Shown here: piece by piece, positions 8,245-16,720 of the stretch | How positions within the stretch are numbered: the stretch's first letter is position 1 | Layout: every line of letters starts with the position of its first letter | Assembly (NCBI RefSeq): GCF_000146505.1 | Contig: NC_017448.1 | Span: 2,100,001 to 2,132,000, forward strand | Reading direction: 5' to 3' | DNA: 32,000 nucleotides | Source of the DNA: Fibrobacter succinogenes subsp. succinogenes S85 | GTDB taxonomy: Bacteria; Fibrobacterota; Fibrobacteria; Fibrobacterales; Fibrobacteraceae | Made by a program: the position numbers and the translations under genes | The notes under the pieces: model-generated | Told to the model about the DNA's origin: nothing | Seen by the model: only the letters and a program-made list of their open reading frames with translations | Database searches by the model: none

Positions 8245-8766
8245 TCAATATGACCTAATATAACTTATAAAAGGATCCATCAAAGCGTAAAGACTAGAAA
8301 AATCAAGGATTCTCCCATTTCGCAGAACCCAGTAACGACCATGAGCCAGCCAGTGCCTATATTTAAAGACTCGTTTAATTTCGCTCATATACCCATTTCT
8401 GTAGGCACCTACATTTTGCCATGTAGACAATATATGTTCTTCTAGACTTGCTTTACGAGGATCTGGAAGACCCAAAGATCTCATAGCTCGCGATACTGGA
8501 TCTTTTAATTTTTTCCCCAATCGATTAAGATAATCAACTCTGCAAGACGCTTCTACGCAAGATAGCAAATCTAATGAAAAAAGCTTCTCCAATTCATCCC
8601 TACTTTCGTCAAATTCCTGTTCAAATTCCTGCCTAGTATAGGAAATAAATCTTGGATTAGTCGTCTGATAATAATCGTTAAGTGCATCCATTGAAACTTG
8701 GTATTTTTCTCTCACATACGCGAGAGACACGTTCTGATTAGAAAAACTAACGCTAATCCTGGCCAT
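8245..8766 (-). CDS. hypothetical protein (173 aa) with HEPN-like Rx4H motif
   Basis: ...EIKRVFKYRHWLAHGRYWVLRNG..., with R137 at 8356-8358 and H142 at 8341-8343. The start ATG 8764-8766 overlaps the upstream gene by 14 nt. Confidence 0.65.
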   Translation of the reverse strand: MARISVSFSNQNVSLAYVREKYQVSMDALNDYYQTTNPRFISYTRQEFEQEFDESRDELEKLFSLDLLSCVEASCRVDYLNRLGKKLKDPVSRAMRSLGLPDPRKASLEEHILSTWQNVGAYRNGYMSEIKRVFKYRHWLAHGRYWVLRNGRILDFSSLYALMDPFISYIRSY

Positions 8767-9268
8767 TTACAAGTTCCATAATAACATTTTGGATGCTATC
8801 TTCAGTAACGTCAATAAAATTTCTGTTATCGGGTGCAACAAAACGCCAAACCCACTGATCTTCAGGAGCAGTACCATTGTTTAAATCAGAAGGAATTTTT
8901 CCTTGTATAGAGAAATTTTTTCTCATTAAAATGATTTTCGCAAAACCCTTTGGACCTTCCATTCTTACGCGACCTTTAGAAGCGATAAGCATCGTTCCTT
9001 CAGGTTTTAACTGTATATGGATTGTATTTAGTTTTAAAGTGAGCCGAGGGACTTCGTATGTGCCAAGAGATTCCTCATTTATTTGAATGTTGTCTCTTTC
9101 AACTTGAATTTGTCCATTTTTCACATAGGGAAGCAACGATCCTTCAAAAATACTGTACAATTGATTAAGATAACTTCTATACTCCTCAATCTCTTTCTGA
9201 GGATCAAATTTTACCTCTGGATCCCCTTTTTGCGCATTGAGTTCATTTAAAAATTTTGCAAAATTCAT
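8753..9268 (-). CDS. hypothetical protein (171 aa), first gene after hsdS
   Basis: ATG 9266-9268 is preceded by AAGGAG (9274-9279). The track ORF starts further upstream at 9313. The protein reads MNFAKFLNELNAQKGDPEVKFDPQKEIEEYRSYLNQLY...LKPEGTMLIASKGRVRMEGPKGF... No family recognised. Confidence 0.6.
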   Translation of the reverse strand: MNFAKFLNELNAQKGDPEVKFDPQKEIEEYRSYLNQLYSIFEGSLLPYVKNGQIQVERDNIQINEESLGTYEVPRLTLKLNTIHIQLKPEGTMLIASKGRVRMEGPKGFAKIILMRKNFSIQGKIPSDLNNGTAPEDQWVWRFVAPDNRNFIDVTEDSIQNVIMELVNGQD

Positions 9269-9349
9269 TTTGACTCCTTTTTTATAATTTAGTTTTTTCT
9301 GATTTTCGTTCATTCATACACATTTTAACAACCATTTTTTCTAAAAATA

Positions 9350-10576
9350 TCAAACACTAATTTCGCCATTCATGATTTTGGGGAGTAGCCGATTGCGGGA
9401 TTCCGCTGCTAATTGAATTTGATCTTCCAACTTTTCAATTTTGGAAATCATAGAAGCAAATACATTATCGTACATTTCAACAATACTTTTTTCAGGGCAA
9501 AGAACTTCTATATCCGCCATATTTTCGGGTCTTAAATGAAGAACATTCGCTCCGTTTGCGAGAGGAGAAATTTTATAACTTAATCCCCCAAATCGGCATT
9601 GAGCGTAAAAAAATGTTTTGGAAATTGTTTTGGGCAATATTTTTAACAGGTCCATTGTGAAAATAGCACATTCTTTTAAATTAGGTATTAACGCGACATG
9701 TCCTACCAAACGACGTTCTTTCGTCATATCAGTACATCCCATGACCAAGTCGCCGGACTCTAAAATTCCGTTTTCTTTGTACTTACCTGTAAATCGTTTT
9801 TCCGCATTGCGCTTATAACCACCAAAAGCGTTGATGTTTTTTAGATTAACCAACAAAACGCCTTCGTTATCACTTAATTCATTTGATGTGTAAGAAGTTC
9901 CACGAACGTAATCCACAACATCACCAAGTTTCTCTTTCCACCATCCCTGAGGCAGTCCATCAACGATGGGGGTGGTTTCGTAGCCGGGGAATTTAAGGTC
10001 GATGAACCATTGTTTGTAGAGGCGTTGGGCGGCTTCTTCGAGGAGTTTGATTTGCTTCTGGTTGTTTTCAATCAGATCATCGTATGCGGAAAGGATGTCG
10101 GCTATTCGTTTTTGAGTTTCTTTATTAGGAATATTTATTTCCATATTCCTTAACGCAGTCAAGCTCACGGTTCTCTGAGCAGCACCAACAGCAACAGCAT
10201 CCGCCATCATATAAAAATCATTACTCAGCATCTTGTAATACAAGTATCGCGAATAAATTTTTGATTCGTCAGGACGCAAAATTGCAATATGCCGCTGAAA
10301 TACAAAGGGACTATCGTCTTTTATAAATACAGGCTTTCCAAAAGATCCAACAACAGAATAAAGAATATCATTTACTTTTGGTTTTCTTTTTTCATCAAGA
10401 GAATCATAATACTCTTGCGGAACAAACATCGTATTAGTAAAATCAAATTGATTCGCAGAAGTTATATTCGATATCGTTACAAACGGAATACCACAATCAG
10501 CTTTGGGTGGTGGCAAATGATCTCCATCCGCGATTGAAACGCATACATCTCCTAATTTCACTTTTTCCCAAGCCAT
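9350..10576 (-). CDS. hsdS: type I restriction-modification specificity subunit
   Basis: Two-TRD layout with the conserved central helix ADILSAYDDLIENNQKQIKLLEEAAQRLYKQWFIDLKFPGYE and the C-terminal helix IEKLEDQIQLAAESRNRLLPKIMNGE. Confidence 0.9.
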   Translation of the reverse strand: MAWEKVKLGDVCVSIADGDHLPPPKADCGIPFVTISNITSANQFDFTNTMFVPQEYYDSLDEKRKPKVNDILYSVVGSFGKPVFIKDDSPFVFQRHIAILRPDESKIYSRYLYYKMLSNDFYMMADAVAVGAAQRTVSLTALRNMEINIPNKETQKRIADILSAYDDLIENNQKQIKLLEEAAQRLYKQWFIDLKFPGYETTPIVDGLPQGWWKEKLGDVVDYVRGTSYTSNELSDNEGVLLVNLKNINAFGGYKRNAEKRFTGKYKENGILESGDLVMGCTDMTKERRLVGHVALIPNLKECAIFTMDLLKILPKTISKTFFYAQCRFGGLSYKISPLANGANVLHLRPENMADIEVLCPEKSIVEMYDNVFASMISKIEKLEDQIQLAAESRNRLLPKIMNGEISV

Positions 10577-10593
10577 CAGAGAATAACCTCCAT

Positions 10594-10694
10594 GGATCCT
10601 TTGCGTTGCTCAGGATGACATAATGACAAGGAGATTCCCGCCTTTGCGGGAATGACAAGTCGTGTGGATTCTATCGCTTCGCTCCAGAATGACA
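10594..10694. repeat. three tandem REP-like palindromic units between hsdM and hsdS
   Basis: Units are at 10594-10620 (ggatcctttgcgttgctcaggatgaca), 10631-10657 (gagattcccgcctttgcgggaatgaca) and 10666-10694 (ggattctatcgcttcgctccagaatgaca). Each can fold into a hairpin and each ends in (A/G)(A/G)ATGACA. An extra ATGACA lies at 10623-10628. Confidence 0.6.
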
Positions 10695-10718
10695 CATTTC
10701 TCTGTCTTTCATCTAATC

Positions 10719-12593
10719 TCATATCCCCAACTCCTTCATGTTCTTGGAGATGGTTTTCATGAGCGTGTTACTTTCGTCCTGGAGTTTCAGGAGTTCTTCG
10801 TGGATTTCATGCATGCGTTCGGCAAAGTCCACGCCGTCATCTTCAACGGGGGCAACGCCTACATAGGCTCCGGGAGTAAGGCTAAAGTTCTTTTCAGCAA
10901 TTTCGGCACGGGTTGCGATTTTGCAAAGACCAAGAATGTCCTTGTATTTTCCGTCACCGAACTTTTCATAGAGCCAATCGGCTTCTTTCGCCACATTCAA
11001 GATTTCATCAAATTCTGCAAGACGCGTGTCCCATTCTTCCTGAGTCTTTTTCTTGCTCTTCTTATCGGCAGCATCTACAGATGCTTTTGCTTCGGCTCGA
11101 AGCGTTTCGCGATATTCCTTGAGCAATTCTACTTGCTTTGCAATCTTGGATGTCTTGCGGAGAATCTTTTCAAGGTTGGCATCATCGGTTTCATCGGCGT
11201 AAGAAAGAAGCGTTGTGCGGTATTCTGCAAGCAAGCTTTGATACTTGTCAAGTTCTCCACGATAAAGCCATACAATAGCGTTCAAGTTTTTCAGTTGCCA
11301 TTCGCTCCATTCATTCAAGGTGCGATCCACAACAGTGTAGTAATTGCGGGCATCAATAAAAAGAACTTTGTCCTTAATATTCTTCTTTTTGCACTTGTCA
11401 AAGAACCACAGGGTGCAAGGCAAACTCTTGGTGTAAAAGAAGTTGTTGCCAACGCTTATCATGCAGTCCACATGACCTGTCGCCACGAGTTTTTCGCGGA
11501 TATCTTTGTCCTTGCTCTGACTATCCGTCGCAGAGGCTGCCATCACAAAGCCCGCACGACCTTTTTCGTTCAGGTAGCTATAGAAATAAGAAATCCAAAG
11601 GTAGTTGCCATTGCCGATTTCTTTATCCTTGTTGACGGCAGGCAAACCAAACGGCAGTCGCCCCGCACTTTGACAACTTTCTGCCTTAACCTTATCCACA
11701 TTGAACGGTGGATTCGCCATCACATAATCGCACTGCCCCGTCAAATTATGTGCATCGTGATAGAAGGAGTTCGCTTCGTCGCCAGACTTGACAACTCCGG
11801 TAAGGCCATGCACAGCCATGTTCATCAAGCAAAGTTGAGCATTGTATTCCACCTTTTCTTGGCCGTAAAAAGTCATAGTCTCGTTGCTAGCCATCCCGGC
11901 AGCATTCACAAAATCACCCGTCTGCACGAACATGCCACCACTTCCGCAAGCAGGATCCAAAAGCACACCATACGAAGGTTCTAGCACATTCACAATCATC
12001 TTCACCAATGATTTCGGGGTAAAGAAAACTCCGTCATCACTAGCAATATTCTTCGCAAACTTACTGAGGAAGTATTCGTAAATACGACCCATTACATCGC
12101 CGCCCACATCATCCAACGCATTGTTGTTGAAAGTGCGTAAAAGTTCAGCGAGAAGATTATCCTTAAAGTCGGTGTAGGTCTTAGGCAATACGCCCTTCAA
12201 TTTTTCGCTTTGAGCCTCGACTAGTTCCATGGCGTTATTCACCACTTCGCCAAGGCTGTTGAGCGGCTGACCATGCACATTCTTGAGTTTGGCAGAAGCA
12301 ATGTTCGCAGGCAAATTCACCAAATAATCAAACTGGGCTTCTTTGGGGAGGAACAAGGCGCTCTTCGAAACAAAGTCACTCGCCTCGATGGGGAGAACGC
12401 GACCGCCTCGACTCGGGCGATTTTTCAACAGTTCGGCTTCAACCTTTTTGAAGCGCCCATAGGCATAACGCAAAAACAACAGACCCAAAACAGGCATACA
12501 ATATTGATTCGAAGTCAACTTGGAATCGGCACGGAGTAAATCCGCAGATTCCCACAAATCCGCCTCAAGTTTCTTTAAGCTCTTATTATCCAT
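10719..12593 (-). CDS. hsdM: type I restriction-modification N6-adenine DNA methyltransferase subunit
   Basis: HsdM_N-like start MDNKSLKKLEADLWESADLLR, SAM motif LLDPACGSGGMF, catalytic NPPF (VMANPPFNV), and a long coiled C-terminal extension ending ...FSLTPGAYVG... Confidence 0.92.
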   Translation of the reverse strand: MDNKSLKKLEADLWESADLLRADSKLTSNQYCMPVLGLLFLRYAYGRFKKVEAELLKNRPSRGGRVLPIEASDFVSKSALFLPKEAQFDYLVNLPANIASAKLKNVHGQPLNSLGEVVNNAMELVEAQSEKLKGVLPKTYTDFKDNLLAELLRTFNNNALDDVGGDVMGRIYEYFLSKFAKNIASDDGVFFTPKSLVKMIVNVLEPSYGVLLDPACGSGGMFVQTGDFVNAAGMASNETMTFYGQEKVEYNAQLCLMNMAVHGLTGVVKSGDEANSFYHDAHNLTGQCDYVMANPPFNVDKVKAESCQSAGRLPFGLPAVNKDKEIGNGNYLWISYFYSYLNEKGRAGFVMAASATDSQSKDKDIREKLVATGHVDCMISVGNNFFYTKSLPCTLWFFDKCKKKNIKDKVLFIDARNYYTVVDRTLNEWSEWQLKNLNAIVWLYRGELDKYQSLLAEYRTTLLSYADETDDANLEKILRKTSKIAKQVELLKEYRETLRAEAKASVDAADKKSKKKTQEEWDTRLAEFDEILNVAKEADWLYEKFGDGKYKDILGLCKIATRAEIAEKNFSLTPGAYVGVAPVEDDGVDFAERMHEIHEELLKLQDESNTLMKTISKNMKELGI

Positions 12594-12624
12594 TTTGGTC
12601 CTTATAAAAATTTAAATGCAACCG

Positions 12625-15600
12625 TTACGCAACTTTGTAGTGGGTATAAACATACTCGTAAATACGCTGGCGGTATTCCGAAATAGAGAGCTCATCAAAG
12701 CTTTCAGGGAGTTCGCTCCATAGCGTATCGCGAATCAAGTTATCGACAGCAGCCTTTGTTTCTTGTTTGTCCGTCCAATGGTCAAATTCAGCAATTTTTG
12801 CTTTAACCTTTTGGAGCAAATCTACAGCCACTTCCTTAATCTTTTTAATGTCCTGCTTACTCAAATCATCTTTGAAGAGCATGTCGTAAAGCGAAAGTTC
12901 TTCGTCGTTCTTGAAGCCCTCACGTACATAGCGCTGTTCTTCCTCATTCATGCTTGCCGCAAGGTTCATCAAGTCCATGAATGTTTTTTCAATCGTTGCA
13001 CGATCCTGTTCGCTGTTGTAAGCCTCAATAATTTCGCGATAGCGGTCGTAATAATTGATGCGGAATGGATTCTGTGCAAGCATCACAGCCAAGCGATCCT
13101 TTATCAATTCTTCCAAATCGCGGAATAACAAATTTTGTCGTTTTGCCTTCGCAAATTCACGACGCAACAAATCAAAATCGATCTTGCTAATGTCGAATTG
13201 TTTAGACTTTTTCTTGTCATTCTTAACGACATCAACATACTCGTTCATAATCTGGTTCAGCTGAACCATCAAATCCACATTTGTCACATGGCGACGTTTA
13301 GTTTTCAAGTCGCGGGCAACCGCATCAATCGCTTTAAACTTCGCACGAATTTCACTTGTCACATCGTCGCGATTCGTGTATTTCATCAATCGCACAAGTT
13401 CTGCGGCATACGTGCTAAAAGTTTTCTTGTTTTCGAGCGTAGAGCAAACCGCATTTTCAACATCCTTGATTGCTGCAAGCTTATCAAAATTCTTAGACTC
13501 GATTATGCTCTTTAAATTCGCGTTGCAACCATCCAAGAAACTTTCTGCTTTAGCGACCACTTCCACAATGCGTTTTAAAAGCTCTTCTTTATCAATGGTA
13601 GGATCGTTACCGGAACCAGAAACCTTATTCGTGTAATCCGCAAGAGCCTTACGCAAAGCCTTCACAATACCTGCATAATCCACAATCAAGCCGTTGCTTT
13701 TGCCCTCATTCACACGATTTGCGCGGGCAATTGTTTGCATGAGAGTATGAGCCTTTAACAACTTGTCCAAATAAAGGCAACTAAGGCTCTTTACATCAAA
13801 ACCGGTAAGCCACATCGCACAGACAAAGACTATACGGAACTTGCTATTAGAATCCTTGAATTCCTTGTCAAGTTCGCGTTTTTCCATTTTCTTCCGATGC
13901 GGAACAATATCCAAGCCCCATTTTGCAAATGTCTGCTGTTCGTTCTGTTCGTCACTCACGACAACAGCCATCTCGGTTTCACGCATCCACTGGATTTTGC
14001 GATTCAGTTCTTGAGCCTCTTGCTGTGTAGCCTGCTTGCAAATAGATTCGAGGTTCTTGATTTCTTCTGCCCAATATTCCTGGGCGAAATTGAACATTCG
14101 AACACACGTGACCTTGTTTAGGCAAACAAACATTGCCTTTCCGCTAGTCCAAAGGTCGGAATAATGTTTGACAAAATCCTTTGCGACAGCACGCAAGCGG
14201 GGTTCAGCCGTAAGCAGGTGATATTCCTTAGCAAAATCCCTTTCCAGCTTTTCTTGGGCATCTGGGTCAAGGTCTGCTTTTTCGATGGCATCCAAAATCT
14301 TGTCCGAGATTTCAGGATTCTTTAGTTCCTTGATTTTATCGGCACGGTTTTCGTAATAGAGAGGGACCGTCGCACCATCTTCTACAGCACGCTTAAAATC
14401 GTAAATCGAAATGTAGCCGCCGAATGTGCGTTCGGTAATATTGTCGTCTTTTAAAAGCGGAGTACCCGTAAAGCCCAAACGAGAGGCATCGGGCAACAAG
14501 TTGCACATGTTTTCCGCAAAAATTCCGTTCTGGCTACGGTGTGCTTCATCCGACAAAATCAAAATATCATGATCAGGATGAATCGGCTCCAAATCCTTCT
14601 TGTTGAACTTTTGGATCAGCGTAAAGATGTAACTCGGATTAGCCTTTAGTTTTTTAATAAGGTCATTTCCGCTTGTAGCGATAAACTTGGATGCTTTTAC
14701 ACCGCCAAGCATTTTGCAATTTTCAAAAGTTTCACTGATTTGCTTGTTCAGTTCATCGCGATCGGTTAACACGACAATTGTCGGGGAACCGTCCGTACGG
14801 CGGCGAATTTTCTGCGAAAGGAAAAGCATCGAATAGCTTTTACCGCTCCCCTGCGTATGCCAAAACACACCAAGTTTACCTTTACGGAGTTTGCGGTTCT
14901 TATAAGCTTCAAAAGCCTCGTTCACGCCAAGATACTGATGATTCCTGGCAAGGATTTTTACCGTATGGCCATCGCTGTGGTCATAAAGGATAAAGTTTTC
15001 AAGCAAATCAATAAAGGTTTCTTTTCGGCAAATACCCTTGAGCATCGTAGCAAGAGCCACTGAACCAGCGTCGTCTTCTTTAAGGCGTTTCCATTCATGG
15101 AAAAATTCAAACTTGCTTCCGAGCGTTCCCACTTTTGCCTCAAAACCATTTGAGAGCATCAAGAAAGCATTGTAGTAGAACAGCTGCGGAATAGTCGACA
15201 GGTAATCGGTATAATTATCGTCGTAAGCATTTTGCACCGCCACATCGTTACGCTTGAGTTCGACAAACAAAAGCGGAATACCATTTACAAAACCAACAAT
15301 ATCCGTACGACGATGGTACAACTCGCCATGAATCTTCATCTCTTTCACGGCAAGGAAATCATTATTTGACGGATTGTTGAAATCAACTATCAACGCACGC
15401 TTTTCATCGACTTGGCCGTTCGGCTTTTTTATCGTCACCGGAATGCCATCGCGGATGAATCCGTACTTTTCTTCGTTGATTTGCAGAAGCGAAGAAGTGC
15501 TAAGCGTCGCTGTAAATTTTTGAACAGCCTCTTCAATCTGATTTTGGTTTATCCAAGGGTTCAATTTTTGAAGAGCTGCCTTAAAATAGCGAAGCAAAAG

Positions 15601-15747
15601 GACTTCGCGATACGACTTTCGCCCAAATGTGCCATTATCCCCAAGAACCTCAATATTATAGGCGAAAACAACACGCCAACCCAGCTCTTGCAGCAGGTTT
15701 CCGGCGCTCTCTTGAACAAGAATGTTTTCGCTATATTCGTAGGACAT
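12625..15747 (-). CDS. hsdR: type I restriction endonuclease/helicase subunit
   Basis: PD-(D/E)xK core (TDIVGFVNGIPLLFVELKRN), Walker A HTQGSGKS and DEAH box LILSDEAHRSQ. I place the start at ATG 15745-15747 (MSYEYSENILVQE...). The track ORF starts at TTG 15804. Confidence 0.92.
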   Translation of the reverse strand: MSYEYSENILVQESAGNLLQELGWRVVFAYNIEVLGDNGTFGRKSYREVLLLRYFKAALQKLNPWINQNQIEEAVQKFTATLSTSSLLQINEEKYGFIRDGIPVTIKKPNGQVDEKRALIVDFNNPSNNDFLAVKEMKIHGELYHRRTDIVGFVNGIPLLFVELKRNDVAVQNAYDDNYTDYLSTIPQLFYYNAFLMLSNGFEAKVGTLGSKFEFFHEWKRLKEDDAGSVALATMLKGICRKETFIDLLENFILYDHSDGHTVKILARNHQYLGVNEAFEAYKNRKLRKGKLGVFWHTQGSGKSYSMLFLSQKIRRRTDGSPTIVVLTDRDELNKQISETFENCKMLGGVKASKFIATSGNDLIKKLKANPSYIFTLIQKFNKKDLEPIHPDHDILILSDEAHRSQNGIFAENMCNLLPDASRLGFTGTPLLKDDNITERTFGGYISIYDFKRAVEDGATVPLYYENRADKIKELKNPEISDKILDAIEKADLDPDAQEKLERDFAKEYHLLTAEPRLRAVAKDFVKHYSDLWTSGKAMFVCLNKVTCVRMFNFAQEYWAEEIKNLESICKQATQQEAQELNRKIQWMRETEMAVVVSDEQNEQQTFAKWGLDIVPHRKKMEKRELDKEFKDSNSKFRIVFVCAMWLTGFDVKSLSCLYLDKLLKAHTLMQTIARANRVNEGKSNGLIVDYAGIVKALRKALADYTNKVSGSGNDPTIDKEELLKRIVEVVAKAESFLDGCNANLKSIIESKNFDKLAAIKDVENAVCSTLENKKTFSTYAAELVRLMKYTNRDDVTSEIRAKFKAIDAVARDLKTKRRHVTNVDLMVQLNQIMNEYVDVVKNDKKKSKQFDISKIDFDLLRREFAKAKRQNLLFRDLEELIKDRLAVMLAQNPFRINYYDRYREIIEAYNSEQDRATIEKTFMDLMNLAASMNEEEQRYVREGFKNDEELSLYDMLFKDDLSKQDIKKIKEVAVDLLQKVKAKIAEFDHWTDKQETKAAVDNLIRDTLWSELPESFDELSISEYRQRIYEYVYTHYKVA

Positions 15748-15767
15748 AATAATGGGCTTTTTTTGTA

Positions 15768-15797
15768 AATATAGCCTATTTTTATGCCAAATTACAA
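15768..15797 (-). promoter_or_regulatory. possible sigma70-type promoter for hsdR
   Basis: Read on the minus strand: TTGTAA (15792-15797), an 18-nt spacer, then TATATT (15768-15773), about 20 nt upstream of the hsdR ATG. This is a pattern match only. Confidence 0.3.
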
Positions 15798-15987
15798 CAA
15801 ACAAAAAGATTTAAAAGGTCAAAAGTCGAAACATTAAACCAAAGGGAATGCACAACAGTGCGTGGGTTGTTCGTACTACAAAAAACATTAATTTGGTAAT
15901 GCTTTCAGCGGACTTTAGCGAAAAATTCCCCAAATGTCACATTCTGTCACCGCAATAATTTAAATTGAATTTTGATTGTTTTAGTCT

Positions 15988-16047
15988 GCCTTTTTTGCTT
16001 GTAGGTAGTCGGAGGTAAAGATGAAGAAAGAGAAAATGTTGCCAGAA
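15988..16047 (+). repeat. 60-bp direct repeat, copy 1 (leader, RBS and first 9 codons of the RhuM-like gene)
   Basis: gccttttttgcttgtaggtagtcggaggtaaagATGaagaaagagaaaatgttgccagaa. It matches 16530-16589 at 58 of 60 positions. Confidence 0.85.
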
Positions 16048-16515
16048 AATATCAATAAAAATGAAATTATCGTATATCAGCCGGAAGGCGGGGAATTCCA
16101 CATCGAAGTCCGAGTAGAAAACGAGACTGTTTGGCTTACACAGGCGCAGATTGCGGAACTGTTCGGAACAAAGAGACCAGCAATCACAAAGCATCTCAAA
16201 AACATTTATGCAGCTCAAGAACTTGACGAAAAGACCACATGTTCCGTTTTGGAACATATGGGTAAAGACTCGGATCAAATTTACGAGACCAAATATTACA
16301 ATCTAGATGCGATTCTCTCCGTCGGCTACAGGGTAAATAGTAAAAATGCGACAGTTCGCTTGGAGAACATGCGCGAGGTCCACGATCGTTTCGTCATCGT
16401 CGATGATGTGATTTATCATGTGGGAGCATCTTTCAAAGACCTCGGAAATCAAATGACCGCGTTTTCGGTGCTGAACTTCATCACCAAGGAGCAGGTGCTT
16501 GCCATGGTGAAATAG
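16021..16515 (+). CDS. RhuM-family protein, apparently internally deleted (N-terminal ~110 aa joined to an extreme C-terminal tail)
   Basis: The N-terminal part IIVYQPEGGEFHIEVRVENETVWLTQAQIAELFGTKRPAITKHLKNIYAAQELDEKTTC...YNLDAILSVGYRVNSKNAT is RhuM-like. At about nt 16351-16377 it jumps to a tail HDRFVIVDDVIYHVGASFKDLGNQMTAFS, which normally ends much longer RhuM/ORF6N-type proteins. Confidence 0.6.
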   Translation: MKKEKMLPENINKNEIIVYQPEGGEFHIEVRVENETVWLTQAQIAELFGTKRPAITKHLKNIYAAQELDEKTTCSVLEHMGKDSDQIYETKYYNLDAILSVGYRVNSKNATVRLENMREVHDRFVIVDDVIYHVGASFKDLGNQMTAFSVLNFITKEQVLAMVK

Positions 16516-16529
16516 AAAACTCAAGATTA

Positions 16530-16589
16530 GCCTTTTTTGCATGTAGGCAGTCGGAGGTAAAGATGAAGAAAGAGAAAATGTTGCCAGAA
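16530..16589 (+). repeat. 60-bp direct repeat, copy 2
   Basis: Same leader, GGAGG and ATGAAGAAAGAGAAAATGTTGCCAGAA. Here it opens only a 28-codon ORF (16563-16649, MKKEKMLPEDSANTAKPIEKPNFSLIDS). Confidence 0.85.
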
Positions 16590-16720
16590 GATTCTGCGAA
16601 CACGGCCAAGCCGATCGAAAAGCCCAATTTTTCCTTGATAGACTCTTAAAATTCCGACCTATTGATAGCGATTAAACAATAACCTACATTAAAGTTCGAA
16701 ATTTTCGGATAGGAGCTTTT

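Noticed and set aside
10594-10694. Mini-CRISPR array.
   Set aside because: There are only three units. They differ in sequence apart from the ATGACA ends, each is self-palindromic, and the spacers are only 10-11 and 8 nt long. This is REP-like, not CRISPR.
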